This document shows, one piece after another, positions 1 to 9,578 of a DNA stretch of 64,000 bases. The DNA comes from Phyllobacteriaceae bacterium. GTDB lineage: Bacteria; Pseudomonadota; Alphaproteobacteria; Rhizobiales; Rhizobiaceae. Position numbers and translations under genes: made by a program. The DNA is taken from positions 80,586 through 144,585 of the forward strand of contig JANSXT010000009.1 of assembly GCA_024742765.1 (NCBI GenBank). The letters run 5' to 3'. The first letter of the stretch is position 1; each line of letters begins with the position of its first letter. The notes under the pieces are model-generated. The model did not search any database and was not told where the DNA came from. It saw only the letters and a list, made by a program, of their open reading frames with translations.

Positions 1-268
1 CCATGATGGTCGAAGCGATCGCGCCCTCATGGACCATGATGGTCGAGGCGAGAATCGGCACGGCGAGTGCCAGGCCGCCGGCGCGGTAGTGTACTTCCTC
101 GGCCAGCGTGTGGGAGTGGCCGGTGCCGAACACATAGACCAGATTGTCGCCCTGGGCCGCGTCGATGATTGCATCGGCGGCGGCGGCCATGGACGTGTTT
201 TCATGCATTTTCAGAGCGGTCAGCCGCTCGCACAGCGAATCGATATAGGCGTGGGCGACATCATTCAC
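1..268 (-). CDS. SIS-domain sugar isomerase-like protein (UPF0309-type), N-terminal part only; continues past the window start
   Basis: Manual translation of the minus strand from GTG at 268 gives VNDVAHAYIDSLCERL...NLVYVFGTGHSHTLAEEVHYRAGGLALAVPIL. The FGTGHSH..AEE..YRAGGL block is the hallmark I associate with UPF0309/SIS proteins. GTGA start/stop overlap with the upstream GntR gene at 265-268. Absent from the ORF track because it is truncated by the window edge. Confidence 0.6.
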   Translation of the reverse strand, partial: MNDVAHAYIDSLCERLTALKMHENTSMAAAADAIIDAAQGDNLVYVFGTGHSHTLAEEVHYRAGGLALAVPILASTIMVHEGAIASTIM

Positions 269-1005
269 GCGCTGTTCTCCGCCGAGATGGTGAGCTGGAC
301 CTTCATCACAAAAGCATCTCCGCGATAGGTGGAGCGGGCAAACTCGAACGGGCGGCCCTCGGTGTCGCGCGTCAGGCGGGTCTGCCGCAGAACCGGTGCG
401 CCGGGCTCGATATCCAGTGTCAGCGCGGTCGACCGGTCGGCGAGCGCGGCCTCGATTGTCTGCTCGGCGCTGGCTGCCACGACATCGAAATGGCGCCTCA
501 GATTCATATACAGCGAGGCGGTCGCGAAATCGGCCTTCGACAACAGGTCCGGCGCGCGGCCCGCGTCGATCTCGGTGCGTTCGATTGCGACCGGAGTTCC
601 GTCGGCAAGGCGTACACGGGTGAGTTTGTACACCTCGCCGACGGGTCCCAGTGCAAGCGAACGCGCCGCTTCGGCGGTGGCCGCGCACCGTTCGGCTTCA
701 ACGACGATGCTGGATGTCGCGCGGCCCTGCCGCTCCATATCCTCGCTGAATCCCGAAAGGGCGGAGAGTTCCTGTTGAATGACGGGCTGGCCGACAAAGG
801 TGCCGTGGCCGACGCGGGTCTCGAGCATGCCGCGGCTGGCAAGCTGCTGCAGCGCCTTGCGGGCGGTCATGCGGCTGATGCCCATTTTCTCGGCCATCGC
901 CCGTTCGGAGGGTATCTGGTCGCCGGCCTTCAGGCGGCCCGACATGATGTCGGCCTCGAGCGCCGAGGCAATCTGTCGATAACGGGCCTGGCTGGGCGCG
1001 GACAT
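265..1005 (-). CDS. GntR/HutC-family transcriptional regulator (winged HTH plus UTRA-like effector domain)
   Basis: ORF 265..1029 trimmed to ATG 1005, preceded by AAGGAG. N-terminus reads YRQIASALEADIMSGRLKAGDQIPSERAMAEKMGISRMTARKALQQLASRGMLETRVGHGTFV, a typical GntR HTH. Confidence 0.85.
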   Translation of the reverse strand: MSAPSQARYRQIASALEADIMSGRLKAGDQIPSERAMAEKMGISRMTARKALQQLASRGMLETRVGHGTFVGQPVIQQELSALSGFSEDMERQGRATSSIVVEAERCAATAEAARSLALGPVGEVYKLTRVRLADGTPVAIERTEIDAGRAPDLLSKADFATASLYMNLRRHFDVVAASAEQTIEAALADRSTALTLDIEPGAPVLRQTRLTRDTEGRPFEFARSTYRGDAFVMKVQLTISAENSA

Positions 1006-1068
1006 GTGCGGACGGCTCCTTGTGCCCATGCAGCTTGTGCGTGTGCCGGGCTATACCACAAGATTGAA

Positions 1069-1080
1069 TGGTATATACCA
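1069..1080. promoter_or_regulatory. Perfect 12-nt palindrome TGGTATATACCA, candidate GntR-family operator (autoregulation)
   Basis: Seen in the 146-bp gap upstream of the GntR start. It fits the generic GntR GT-N-AC dyad pattern. An extra TATACCA half-site lies at 1052-1058. Confidence 0.45.
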
Positions 1081-1151
1081 ATTTTGACGCTGGCAAGTGG
1101 AAACTTTGGGCGATCGGGGCCGTTGCGCCGTGGGCGCCATGATGTGGCAGG

Positions 1152-2645
1152 TCAGCCCAAAAGGCGGTCGCGGGCCTCGGCGAAGCGCGCGCGCGGTTTG
1201 CGCCATGCCTCGCTCGCGCCCGGCGCCGGTTCGTGGCGGGCATTGACGCTGCCGGCGACGGCCCTTGAGGCGGCGGTGACGCTGTCGAACCGGCCGAGCG
1301 CGGTGGCCGCCAGCAAGGCTGCGCCCCTGGCACCGAATTCGGTTTCGCCCGGCACGATGACGGACCGGCCCGTGACGTCGGCGATCATCCGGCACCAAAG
1401 GGCGCTGCGGCTGCCACCGCCGGTCAGGGTTATCGGCGTTGCGGGCGCGATGTACAGAAGATCGACCAGATCGGCGAAGGCAAAGGCGACGCCTTCGAAG
1501 ACGGCGCGGATCATGTCGGCGCGGCCGTGGCCCGCATGGAGCCCGCAGAACTGCGCGCGCGCGTGCGGATCGGCAACCGGGGCGATGATGCCGCTTTCGC
1601 TCAAATAAGGCAGATAGGTCACGCCGTTGGCGCCGGGCGGCACGGCTTCGGCCATGGCGGTGACCTTGGCGAACCGCTCGGGATCGCCGGCAAGGTCAGG
1701 CGCCATAAGGTTCAGCGCCCAGTCCAGATTGAGCGTTCCGGCGACATTGACCATGGCGCGATACCAGTGCCGCTCCGGCAGCGAGAACAAAAGCCCCAGA
1801 TCGGGCGGCGCAAAGACCGGCTCGTCATGGCAGACGCCGACCATGCAGGTGGTGCCCAGGATGGCGGTTGCCGCGCCCGCCCGCAGCCCGCCGGCTCCGA
1901 TCACATTGGCGATCACGTCTCCGGCGCCGGCGACGACGGGTATGCCGGCCGTCAGGCCGGTCCGCAGCGCCGCCGCTTCGGTCAGGTGTCCAGCAACGCC
2001 CTGCGAGGCCAGCGGTTCGGGCAGCAGCGCTTCGAGATCGGCGATGCCGAACAACCGCATCAGTTCGGCGCTGCGGTCCTGCAGGCGCGCATCGCCCGGC
2101 AGCACCGCCGCTTCTGACCGGTCGGCGGCGAAGGTGCCCGTCAGATGGTGGCGCAGGAAATCCTTGTAGGTCAGCACATGGGCAGCGCGGGCCAGCGCTT
2201 CGGGCGCGTTTTGCTTGAACCATGCCAGAAGGGGCAGCGTGCAGCCCTGCTGCAGCACCGACCCGGAGATGGCGAAGATGTCCGACATCAGCGATGGGCG
2301 GTCGGCGCTCATCTGATCGAGCAGCGACTGGCTGCGGCTGTCTTCCCAGTTGATGCCGGGCCGTATGGCGTGCCCGTCCGCATCGACCAGCCAGGCGCCG
2401 ACCATGGCGCCCGAAACGCCGATGGCGGCGATCGCATCGGGCCGGCCGCAGGCTTCGGCCACTTCGGCGATGACCGCGTCGAGCGCGGTCAGACAGGCCT
2501 CGGGATCGGCCTCGACCCAGCCGGGCCGGGGCCGGTCGAGCGGCGTGCGACGGCTGGCGATCGCCAGACGCCGGCCGGCACCGTCAAAGACGGCGGCCTT
2601 GAGAACGGACGAGCCGGCATCGATGCCCAGAAACAGGTCGGCCAT
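1152..2645 (-). CDS. FGGY-family carbohydrate kinase (xylulokinase/glycerol-kinase-like)
   Basis: ORF 1152..2687 trimmed to ATG 2645, with GGAG 5 nt upstream. Carries MADLFLGIDAGSSVLKAAVFD at the N-terminus and GGGSRSALWCRMIADVTG at the C-terminus, both FGGY signatures. Confidence 0.9.
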   Translation of the reverse strand: MADLFLGIDAGSSVLKAAVFDGAGRRLAIASRRTPLDRPRPGWVEADPEACLTALDAVIAEVAEACGRPDAIAAIGVSGAMVGAWLVDADGHAIRPGINWEDSRSQSLLDQMSADRPSLMSDIFAISGSVLQQGCTLPLLAWFKQNAPEALARAAHVLTYKDFLRHHLTGTFAADRSEAAVLPGDARLQDRSAELMRLFGIADLEALLPEPLASQGVAGHLTEAAALRTGLTAGIPVVAGAGDVIANVIGAGGLRAGAATAILGTTCMVGVCHDEPVFAPPDLGLLFSLPERHWYRAMVNVAGTLNLDWALNLMAPDLAGDPERFAKVTAMAEAVPPGANGVTYLPYLSESGIIAPVADPHARAQFCGLHAGHGRADMIRAVFEGVAFAFADLVDLLYIAPATPITLTGGGSRSALWCRMIADVTGRSVIVPGETEFGARGAALLAATALGRFDSVTAASRAVAGSVNARHEPAPGASEAWRKPRARFAEARDRLLG

Positions 2646-2723
2646 GGAATCTCCGGTTGGCGCAAAGCTCAAAACGGCCGGTTCCATAGCCTCAATCGGA
2701 CCGGTGTGGAAAGGTGCCGCCCT

Positions 2724-3689
2724 TCAACCGGCCTTCGTCGCGCCGGCCGGATCGTCCGTGTTGCGGATGCGGTAGAGGCTGGCTTCGCCCGTCATGGACG
2801 GGGCGAGCGCGCGCGCCGAACCGGGCGGCACAGCGCATGTGTCGCCCGGATTGAGCACGGTGGCAACGCCGTCAACGGTCAGTTTCCAGTGACCGCGTAC
2901 CGGCATCAGCACCTCGTGCCGGTCGGTAGTGGTAGCATCGCCGGAAACCGAGCCGCGCGTGACAAAGTCCACCTCAAAGCCCGGCCTGTCCTTGAGCACA
3001 GCATCGGGTCCGATCACCTTGGCCGGTTCGCCGGCGGCAAGCGCCATCAGGTCCCAATAGCGGGCGACGAAACCAGGGATCACATCGGCGGCGGCGGGTT
3101 CGGGATAGGCTTTGAGTTCCTCGTCGGTCAGAAGCGGCATCGGCGACACGCCGTCTGGCAGGGCGTCGCCTTTCTTGGTGTCGTAGAGCCGGCCCGTCTC
3201 GGCGAGCACCAGCCCGTGGTCGCGCGCATCCTCGATCACCTGCGGCGCCCAGATCACGCCGCCGCCGGCATCGTCGCCGCCCAGGATCGCCATGATCATC
3301 CCGTAGTCGGTGCCGATATTCTCAAAGCCGCGAAAGATGCCGGTCGGGATGTTGAAGATATCGCCTTCTTCCAAGACGACCTCGCCCGCATTGCCCCAGC
3401 GGCCCCAGAAGAAGCGCCAGCGGCCCTTGAGGACGAAGAAGACCTCCGCCGTGCGGTGCGAATGCAGCGAGTTGCGGCATTTGGGCGGCTGGCCCGCCGC
3501 GCCGATGTTGAAGCCGGGCGTGTCCTTGATGTGAACATGCTGATCCGGGCTTTCGGAGACGCCGCCGCCGATGATGGTGAAATTCTCCTTCTGGTCGGAG
3601 CCCGGCGTATGGGCGTCGATGAAGGCGGTCTTGCACGGCACCAGATCGCCATAGCGGACGATGCGGGCGTCAAGCTCTTGCGGGGTCAT
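2724..3689 (-). CDS. Bicupin-domain protein of unknown function
   Basis: ORF 2724..3689. Cupin motif NSLHSHRTAEVFFVLKGRWRF...GDIFNIPTGIFRGFEN, plus a second cupin-like half. ATGA start/stop overlap with the upstream LacI gene at 3686-3689. Confidence 0.8.
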   Translation of the reverse strand: MTPQELDARIVRYGDLVPCKTAFIDAHTPGSDQKENFTIIGGGVSESPDQHVHIKDTPGFNIGAAGQPPKCRNSLHSHRTAEVFFVLKGRWRFFWGRWGNAGEVVLEEGDIFNIPTGIFRGFENIGTDYGMIMAILGGDDAGGGVIWAPQVIEDARDHGLVLAETGRLYDTKKGDALPDGVSPMPLLTDEELKAYPEPAAADVIPGFVARYWDLMALAAGEPAKVIGPDAVLKDRPGFEVDFVTRGSVSGDATTTDRHEVLMPVRGHWKLTVDGVATVLNPGDTCAVPPGSARALAPSMTGEASLYRIRNTDDPAGATKAG

Positions 3690-4798
3690 TTCGGTCTCCT
3701 TGGGGCGGGCGGGGCCGCGTTTGGTCGTGGAAAACGGGGCGCGGGGCTGCGTTTCCAGCCCGGCGGGATGCGGGCACTGCCGCGGACGATCAGTTCGCTG
3801 TCGATCTCAATGCGGTTGCGCTTTGGCGCCTTGCCGGCGATCAGGTCGAGCAGAAGCGAGGAGGCGCTGTCGGCCATGCGCCGGGCCGGCTGGCGCAGCG
3901 TCGTCAGGTCGAAACTCGGCCAGGCGGCCATGGCGACGTCGTCATAGCCGACGACCGAGACGTCGCCCGGCACGTCCAGCTTGAGGCCAAAGCGCAGCGT
4001 CTCGATGACGGCGAAGGCCATGTGATCATTGCCGGCGAAGACGGCGTCGGGCCGGATCGTGCCCTTGAAGAGTTCGCGCGTGGCGGCGGCGGCGATGTCA
4101 CGGCTGTAGTGACTGTCGATGATATCGATCGGTTCAAGCCCGTTTTCGGCCAAGCCGGCGATAAAGCCCGCCTGCCGGTCGCGGCCGTTGAGCGATTTCT
4201 GCCAGCCGGAAATGTGGGCGATGCGCGTGTGCCCGCCGGCGGCGAGGAAGTGCGCGGCGCGCCGGCCGCCATCGAAATTGGCCGAGGTGACGGTTGCGAG
4301 CGCGGTATCTTCCTGGCCCCGGTTGAACAGGACAAACGGGATTTTGGCGCCGCGCAGCCGGTCCGTCAGTGCGTTGGACATGGAGACCGAGGCAAGGATG
4401 ATGCCGTCGACCTGATGGTCGACCATATCGTCCACAACGCCGTCCACCTCTTCGGCGAGGTTGGAGGCGATGCGGACCATGATGTGATACCCGCGTGCTT
4501 CCAAGGCCGTGGAAAGATGCGCAATCGCCTCGGCGTAGAAGGGGTTGTCGAGATAGGCGAGGACAAGCCCGATCGTGCGCGACCGTCCGGTGATCAGCGA
4601 GCGGGCCAAGCGGTTGGGCCTATAGCCCAGTTCGTCGGCGGCGCGGCGCACGCGCTTGGCGAGATCGGGCGAGACCTTGGGATCGGACGAAAAGACGCGG
4701 CTGACCGTCGGCTGGCTGACGCCGGCACGTGCGGCGACATCGTGCGATGTCACCTTACCGGGCCCGCCTCTGGGCGGATCGGATCGATCAGAGGCCAT
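3686..4798 (-). CDS. LacI-family transcriptional regulator
   Basis: N-terminal HTH VTSHDVAARAGVSQPTVSRVFSS, followed by a periplasmic-binding-protein-like sugar-binding fold (GLVLAYLDNPFY..., VVGYDDV). Confidence 0.9.
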   Translation of the reverse strand: MASDRSDPPRGGPGKVTSHDVAARAGVSQPTVSRVFSSDPKVSPDLAKRVRRAADELGYRPNRLARSLITGRSRTIGLVLAYLDNPFYAEAIAHLSTALEARGYHIMVRIASNLAEEVDGVVDDMVDHQVDGIILASVSMSNALTDRLRGAKIPFVLFNRGQEDTALATVTSANFDGGRRAAHFLAAGGHTRIAHISGWQKSLNGRDRQAGFIAGLAENGLEPIDIIDSHYSRDIAAAATRELFKGTIRPDAVFAGNDHMAFAVIETLRFGLKLDVPGDVSVVGYDDVAMAAWPSFDLTTLRQPARRMADSASSLLLDLIAGKAPKRNRIEIDSELIVRGSARIPPGWKRSPAPRFPRPNAAPPAPRRPK

Positions 4799-4804
4799 TG
4801 AGGG

Positions 4805-6136
4805 TCACTCGGCGGCCAGCTTGGGCTCGGCCGCGGCGCCATAGGGCACGTTGCGCCCGCCATAGCGCCGCACGCGCACATTGGCCTGCTCCGCATGGCC
4901 CACAAAGCCTTCCAGCATGCACAGGCGCGAGCAATATTCGCCGATGGTCGCGGCGGCCTCGTCGGTGAGCACCTTCTGGTAGGAGTGGGTCTTGAGGAAC
5001 TTGCCGACCCAGAGACCGCCCGTATAGCGCCCGGCCTTTTTCGTCGGAAGCGTGTGGTTGGTGCCGATCACCTTGTCGCCATTGGCGACATTGGTGCGTG
5101 CGCCCAAAAACAGCGCGCCATAGCAGGTCATCTTGTCGAGGAACCAGTCGTCGCGATCGGTCATCACCTGCACATGTTCGGAGGCGATGTCGTCGGCAAC
5201 GGCAAGCATCTCGTCATAGCTGTCGCAGACGATCACCTCGCCATAATCCTCCCAGCTTTTCGACGCCGTGTCGGCGGTGGGCAGGATTGTCAAAAGCCGG
5301 TCGATCTCGGCGAGCGTGCTGCGCGCCAGCTTCTCGGAATTGGTGACGAGGACGGCGGGCGAATTGTAACCATGTTCGGCCTGTCCCAAGAGATCGGTCG
5401 CGCACAGTTCGGCGTCGGCGCCATGCTCGTCGGCGATGACCATGGTTTCAGTCGGGCCGGCGAACAGGTCAATGCCGACCCGGCCGAAAAGCTGCCGCTT
5501 GGCTTCGGCGACGAACGCGTTGCCCGGGCCGACCAGCATGTGCACGGGATCGATGGTTTCGGTGCCGATGGCCATCGCGCCGACCGCCTGGATGCCGCCA
5601 AGGACGAAGATCTCATGGGCGCCGCCCAGATGCATGGCGGCGATGACGGCCGGGTTCGGTTCGCCCTTGAAGGGCGGGGTGGCGGCAATGATGCGCGGTA
5701 CCCCGGCAACCGAAGCCGTCGCCACCGACATGTGGGCCGAAGCGACCATCGGGAACTTGCCGCCGGGCACATAGCAGCCGACGGACTGGACCGGGATGTT
5801 CTTGTGGCCAAGAATGACGCCGGGCAGCGTTTCCACTTCGATGTCGAGCATGGAATCGCGCTGCGCCTGGGCGAAGTTGCGCACCTGTTCCTGGGCGAAT
5901 TTGATGTCGTCCATGTCGCGAGGCGAGACCCTCGCCATCAGCGCCTCGATCTCGCTTTCGGTCAGCCGGAATGCGGCCGGCGTGTAATTGTCGAACTTTT
6001 CCGACAGGTCCCGCACGGCGTCGTCGCCGCGCGCCTCGATGTCGGCCAGCGTCTGTTCGACGATGGCGCGGACCTTGGCATCGTCCTCGGCCCGTTCGGT
6101 TTCCGGCTTGGCGGTCTTCAGATGACGGATCGACAT
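4805..6136 (-). CDS. Histidinol-dehydrogenase-family NAD-dependent dehydrogenase (HisD paralogue 1)
   Basis: ORF 4805..6145 trimmed to ATG 6136 (GGGAG 8 nt upstream). HisD catalytic and Zn motifs are all present: [44 protein letters not shown]. Confidence 0.9.
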   Translation of the reverse strand: MSIRHLKTAKPETERAEDDAKVRAIVEQTLADIEARGDDAVRDLSEKFDNYTPAAFRLTESEIEALMARVSPRDMDDIKFAQEQVRNFAQAQRDSMLDIEVETLPGVILGHKNIPVQSVGCYVPGGKFPMVASAHMSVATASVAGVPRIIAATPPFKGEPNPAVIAAMHLGGAHEIFVLGGIQAVGAMAIGTETIDPVHMLVGPGNAFVAEAKRQLFGRVGIDLFAGPTETMVIADEHGADAELCATDLLGQAEHGYNSPAVLVTNSEKLARSTLAEIDRLLTILPTADTASKSWEDYGEVIVCDSYDEMLAVADDIASEHVQVMTDRDDWFLDKMTCYGALFLGARTNVANGDKVIGTNHTLPTKKAGRYTGGLWVGKFLKTHSYQKVLTDEAAATIGEYCSRLCMLEGFVGHAEQANVRVRRYGGRNVPYGAAAEPKLAAE

Positions 6137-6155
6137 GGCAATCACTCCCTGTTGG

Positions 6156-6177
6156 TTTGAGAATACGTATTCTCAAA
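6156..6177. promoter_or_regulatory. Perfect 22-nt palindrome TTTGAGAATACGTATTCTCAAA, candidate LacI-family operator
   Basis: Seen in sequence. It has the central CG typical of LacI-family operators. It lies 20 nt upstream of the HisD-like start, in the divergent region shared with the HMGL-like gene. Confidence 0.5.
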
Positions 6178-6272
6178 AAATGATCAAGCGGTTTTTGGCC
6201 GCCGGTTGACAGGGCCGGCTTCGCCTCGCATGTCCGGTGCAAGCGCGCTGACGGACGCACCGGAGGAAGACG

Positions 6273-7175
6273 ATGACGACCATCGAAATCGTGGAAGTGT
6301 CGCCGCGCGACGGGCTCCAGAACGAAAAGACGCTGCTGTCGACCGATGACAAGCTGATGCTGATCGGCAAGGCGATCGATGCGGGTGTCCGACGCATGGA
6401 GGTTGCGAGTTTCGTCAATCCGAAGAAGGTGCCGCAAATGGCCGATGCGGAAGCGGTGATGGCCGGCCTGCCGGCGCGCGATGATGTTACCTATGTCGGT
6501 CTTGCGCTGAACGAACGCGGGTTCGAGCGCGCCGTTGCGGCCCATGTCGACGAGGTCAATTTCGCGGTGATGGCGTCCGACACGTTCAACCGGTGCAACC
6601 AGGGCGCCGACGCGTTCGAGACGGCGCGACAACTCACCACGATTGCCGAAAGCGCACGCGGCACCGTGCCGATTGGCGTGACCATCGGCACCGCGTTCGG
6701 CTGTCCCTTTGAAGGAGAGGTGTCGCTTGATCGCGTGCTGTCGCTGGTCGAAGCGGTCGCTGCAACGTCGCCGCGCGAGATAGCATTGGCCGATACGATC
6801 GGCGTGGCGACACCCCGCGATGTGGCTGAGCGCATCGGCGCGGTGCGGGCGCGCTTTGCCGAACTTCCGATCCGCTGCCATTTCCACAACACGCGCAACA
6901 CCGGCATCGCCAACGCGTGGGCTGCCATCGAAGCGGGCGCTGCGACGCTCGATTCAAGCCTTGGCGGCGTCGGCGGCTGTCCGTTCGCGCCTGCGGCCAC
7001 CGGCAACATCGCCACCGAAGATCTGGTCTACATGCTCGATCGCGCCGGCATTGCGACCGAGCTCGACCTTGGCGCCTGCATCGAGACGGCCCAATGGCTC
7101 GAAGATAGGCTCGGTCATGCCATTCCCGGCCAGGTGATGAAGGCCGGCGGTTTTCCCGCGCCGGCCTCCGCATGA
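6273..7175 (+). CDS. Hydroxymethylglutaryl-CoA lyase family protein (HMGL-like)
   Basis: IVEVSPRDGLQNE at the N-terminus, CHFHNTRNTGIANAWAAIEAGA and GLGGCPFAP-like GGVGGCPFAPAATGN. These are classic HMGL/DRE-TIM motifs. Confidence 0.9.
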   Translation: MTTIEIVEVSPRDGLQNEKTLLSTDDKLMLIGKAIDAGVRRMEVASFVNPKKVPQMADAEAVMAGLPARDDVTYVGLALNERGFERAVAAHVDEVNFAVMASDTFNRCNQGADAFETARQLTTIAESARGTVPIGVTIGTAFGCPFEGEVSLDRVLSLVEAVAATSPREIALADTIGVATPRDVAERIGAVRARFAELPIRCHFHNTRNTGIANAWAAIEAGAATLDSSLGGVGGCPFAPAATGNIATEDLVYMLDRAGIATELDLGACIETAQWLEDRLGHAIPGQVMKAGGFPAPASA

Positions 7176-9422
7176 TCAGTCCGCGCCGCGCACGCGGATC
7201 GACAGGCCTTCCTTGGGCTTGATGACGCGCTGGACGAAGAAGACCAGCACGGCCATCCCGACGCCGATCACATCGGTGATCACCGAACCCTCGATCAGCA
7301 CCAATGCCGTGCCGATCAGCGCTGCGCGCAGGAACCAGACCGTCCGTTTGCCGAAGAACCAGCCCTGTACGCCCGAGGCGAGCAGGAACACGCCGAGCAT
7401 CGCCGTCAGGAACGCGCGGATGATCTCGAACGTGTGCGCCTCCATCAAAAGCGCTGAGTTGTAGAAGAACATGAACGGCACGACGAAGGCGGCGATGCCG
7501 ATCTTGAACGAGGTGACCGAGGTCTCCATCGGGTTGGCGCCGGACACGCCGGCCGCCGCATAGGATGCCAACGCCACCGGCGGCGTGATCGCCGAGACGA
7601 CCGCGAAGTAGAAGACGAAGAAATGGGCGACCAGTGGCTGGATGCCCAGTTCGACGAGGCCCGGCGCGACCACGGATGCGGCAACGGCATAGGCAGCCGT
7701 CGTCGGCATGCCCATGCCCAGAAGGATGGCGATGCACATGGCAAAGACCAGCGCCAGCAATTGCGAGGCTTCGGCGAGGCCGAGCAGCAGGTTGGAGAAG
7801 CGGGCGCCGACGCCGGTCAGCGAGATGACGCCGACAATGATGCCGGCGCAGGCGCACACGGCGATGATCTGGATCGACATGACGCCGGCGATGTTGAACG
7901 CCTTGACGATTGAGCGCAGGCCCATCCGGTAGGGCGTGAACCAGCTCACCACGGCGGCGGCGGCGGTGGCGAGCGTACCCGCGCGGATCACCGAATAGCC
8001 CTGGAACAGCGCATAGATCAGGATGATGATCGGGATGAACAGGAAGACGCGCCGCGCCATGTCGCGGAATTTGGGCAGTTCGTCCTCGCGCATGCCGCGC
8101 ATGCCGAGTTTCGCCGCCTCGAAGTCGACCATGAAGTAGATCGAGACGAAGTAGAGAACGGCCGGAATGAGCGCGGCGACGGCAATCTCGGTGTAGGGAA
8201 TGCCGGTGATCTCGGCCATGATGAAAGCGCCGGCGCCCATGATGGGCGGCATGATCTGCCCGCCTGTGGAGGCGGCGGCTTCGATCGCGCCGGCGGTCTT
8301 CTTGTGATAGCCGACCTTCTTCATCAGCGGGATGGTCAGTGAGCCGGTGGCGACGACATTTCCCGCGCTGGTGCCGTTGATCATGCCCATCAGGCCCGAG
8401 GCGAAGATGGCCACCTTGGCCGGCCCGCCGCGTGCGCGGCCGGCGGCGGCAAAGGCGAAGTTGACGAAATAGTCGCCGACCTTGGACGCCTGCAGGAAGG
8501 CAGCGAAGATGATGAACAGGATAATATAGGTGGACGAGACCGCCGTCGTCGGACCCAAAATGCCGGCGTCCGTGTAGACTTGGGAGAAGAAGCGCTGCCA
8601 GGAGATGGCCGGCGAATTCAAAAAGCCCGGCAGGTGCTGGCCGGTGAAGACATAGACCAGGAAGACAAGCGAGATCACCACCAGAGCCATGCCGGCGACG
8701 CGGCGCGTCAGCTCCATGATCAAAAGCGCGCCGGCAACCGCCGCGATCGAAATGCCGATCGGCGCGAAGGGCGTGCCGGTCGAGTTGCGCATCAGCGTGC
8801 CGTAGATGGTGATCAGATAGGCGGCGACGGCGACGCCGCAGACCGCGAGCACGAGATCGAGCGGATTGATGGCGCCGCGCGGGCGCCTGTCGAACCAGGA
8901 CAGCGCAATGGCCCCGACGGTTGCGGCCATCAGCGGCGCGCCGAACATCCAAGTCTCGTTGAAGCGGATGCGTTCGTCGATGCCGTTCCACATCACGCCG
9001 CCCGATATCTCGACCGAAAAGGACAGCGCCATGCCAAGCGCGAACAGCGCCGGCAGCATCAGCACCATCGCCGCGCCGGTGAACAGCGCGCCGCCGCCCT
9101 GCCGGTCGTCGGGTGCAAAGCGGGTGCCGCTGAACAAAAGAAAGCCCAGCGCCAGTGCGCCGGCGATATGGACGATCCGGAAGTTCCAGGTCTCCATGGG
9201 GAAGGTGGGCAGGAACGGGATGACAATGGCGCCACCGGTCATCTCCGAGATCGACAGCCCGTTCAGTGCCGCCATGTGGAAGGCGGCATAGACCGTGGCG
9301 ACCAGGCTGACGAGGAGATAGGTGCGCCCCTCGTAAAGGCGGCGGTTGCTCTCGACGGGTTCCTCGTCGACGCCGTCGGCAATGACGGCGCCTTGGTCAT
9401 GTTCGGTGGCTTGGCTCGTCAT
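7176..9422 (-). CDS. TRAP transporter fused permease (DctQ-DctM fusion, TAXI-type)
   Basis: ORF 7176..9461 trimmed to ATG 9422, which has a strong GGGAGG 8 nt upstream. About 750 aa, polytopic and hydrophobic, with a composition typical of TAXI-associated fused TRAP permeases. Confidence 0.9.
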   Translation of the reverse strand: MTSQATEHDQGAVIADGVDEEPVESNRRLYEGRTYLLVSLVATVYAAFHMAALNGLSISEMTGGAIVIPFLPTFPMETWNFRIVHIAGALALGFLLFSGTRFAPDDRQGGGALFTGAAMVLMLPALFALGMALSFSVEISGGVMWNGIDERIRFNETWMFGAPLMAATVGAIALSWFDRRPRGAINPLDLVLAVCGVAVAAYLITIYGTLMRNSTGTPFAPIGISIAAVAGALLIMELTRRVAGMALVVISLVFLVYVFTGQHLPGFLNSPAISWQRFFSQVYTDAGILGPTTAVSSTYIILFIIFAAFLQASKVGDYFVNFAFAAAGRARGGPAKVAIFASGLMGMINGTSAGNVVATGSLTIPLMKKVGYHKKTAGAIEAAASTGGQIMPPIMGAGAFIMAEITGIPYTEIAVAALIPAVLYFVSIYFMVDFEAAKLGMRGMREDELPKFRDMARRVFLFIPIIILIYALFQGYSVIRAGTLATAAAAVVSWFTPYRMGLRSIVKAFNIAGVMSIQIIAVCACAGIIVGVISLTGVGARFSNLLLGLAEASQLLALVFAMCIAILLGMGMPTTAAYAVAASVVAPGLVELGIQPLVAHFFVFYFAVVSAITPPVALASYAAAGVSGANPMETSVTSFKIGIAAFVVPFMFFYNSALLMEAHTFEIIRAFLTAMLGVFLLASGVQGWFFGKRTVWFLRAALIGTALVLIEGSVITDVIGVGMAVLVFFVQRVIKPKEGLSIRVRGAD

Positions 9423-9578
9423 GATGTTCCCCTCCCGCTGGCCGACCGCGCTCCGGGACATTTTTCCGTTCCTGATGTACAGCGGTCAAATTGATCGTGC
9501 ATGGCATGGGTCCGGCGGGTGATCGTTTCGTCGGCCGGCGCCAGTTTGAACAACGCATTTTCGGGAAGGAGAGCGGTC

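Noticed and set aside
4805-6136. Calling either HisD-family gene the housekeeping hisD
   Set aside because: Both sit in accessory-looking operons, with LacI, a cupin and a kinase in one and a transporter, racemase and exporter in the other. No other his genes are nearby. Without phylogeny I cannot assign hisD, so the gene symbol is left empty.
5613-8991. 424-aa and 785-aa minus-strand ORFs (5613..6887 and 6634..8991)
   Set aside because: They overlap the HisD-like and HMGL-like genes and are out of frame with the TRAP permease. The translations are Arg/His/Pro-rich. The alternative frames give motif-bearing proteins.
9502-9516. Sigma-54-like element TGGCAT-N5-CGGC upstream of the PPC-repeat gene
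   Set aside because: The GG/GC spacing is correct. However, the conserved T of the -12 TGC is missing and the -12 region is GC-rich. This is too weak to call without a scoring matrix.
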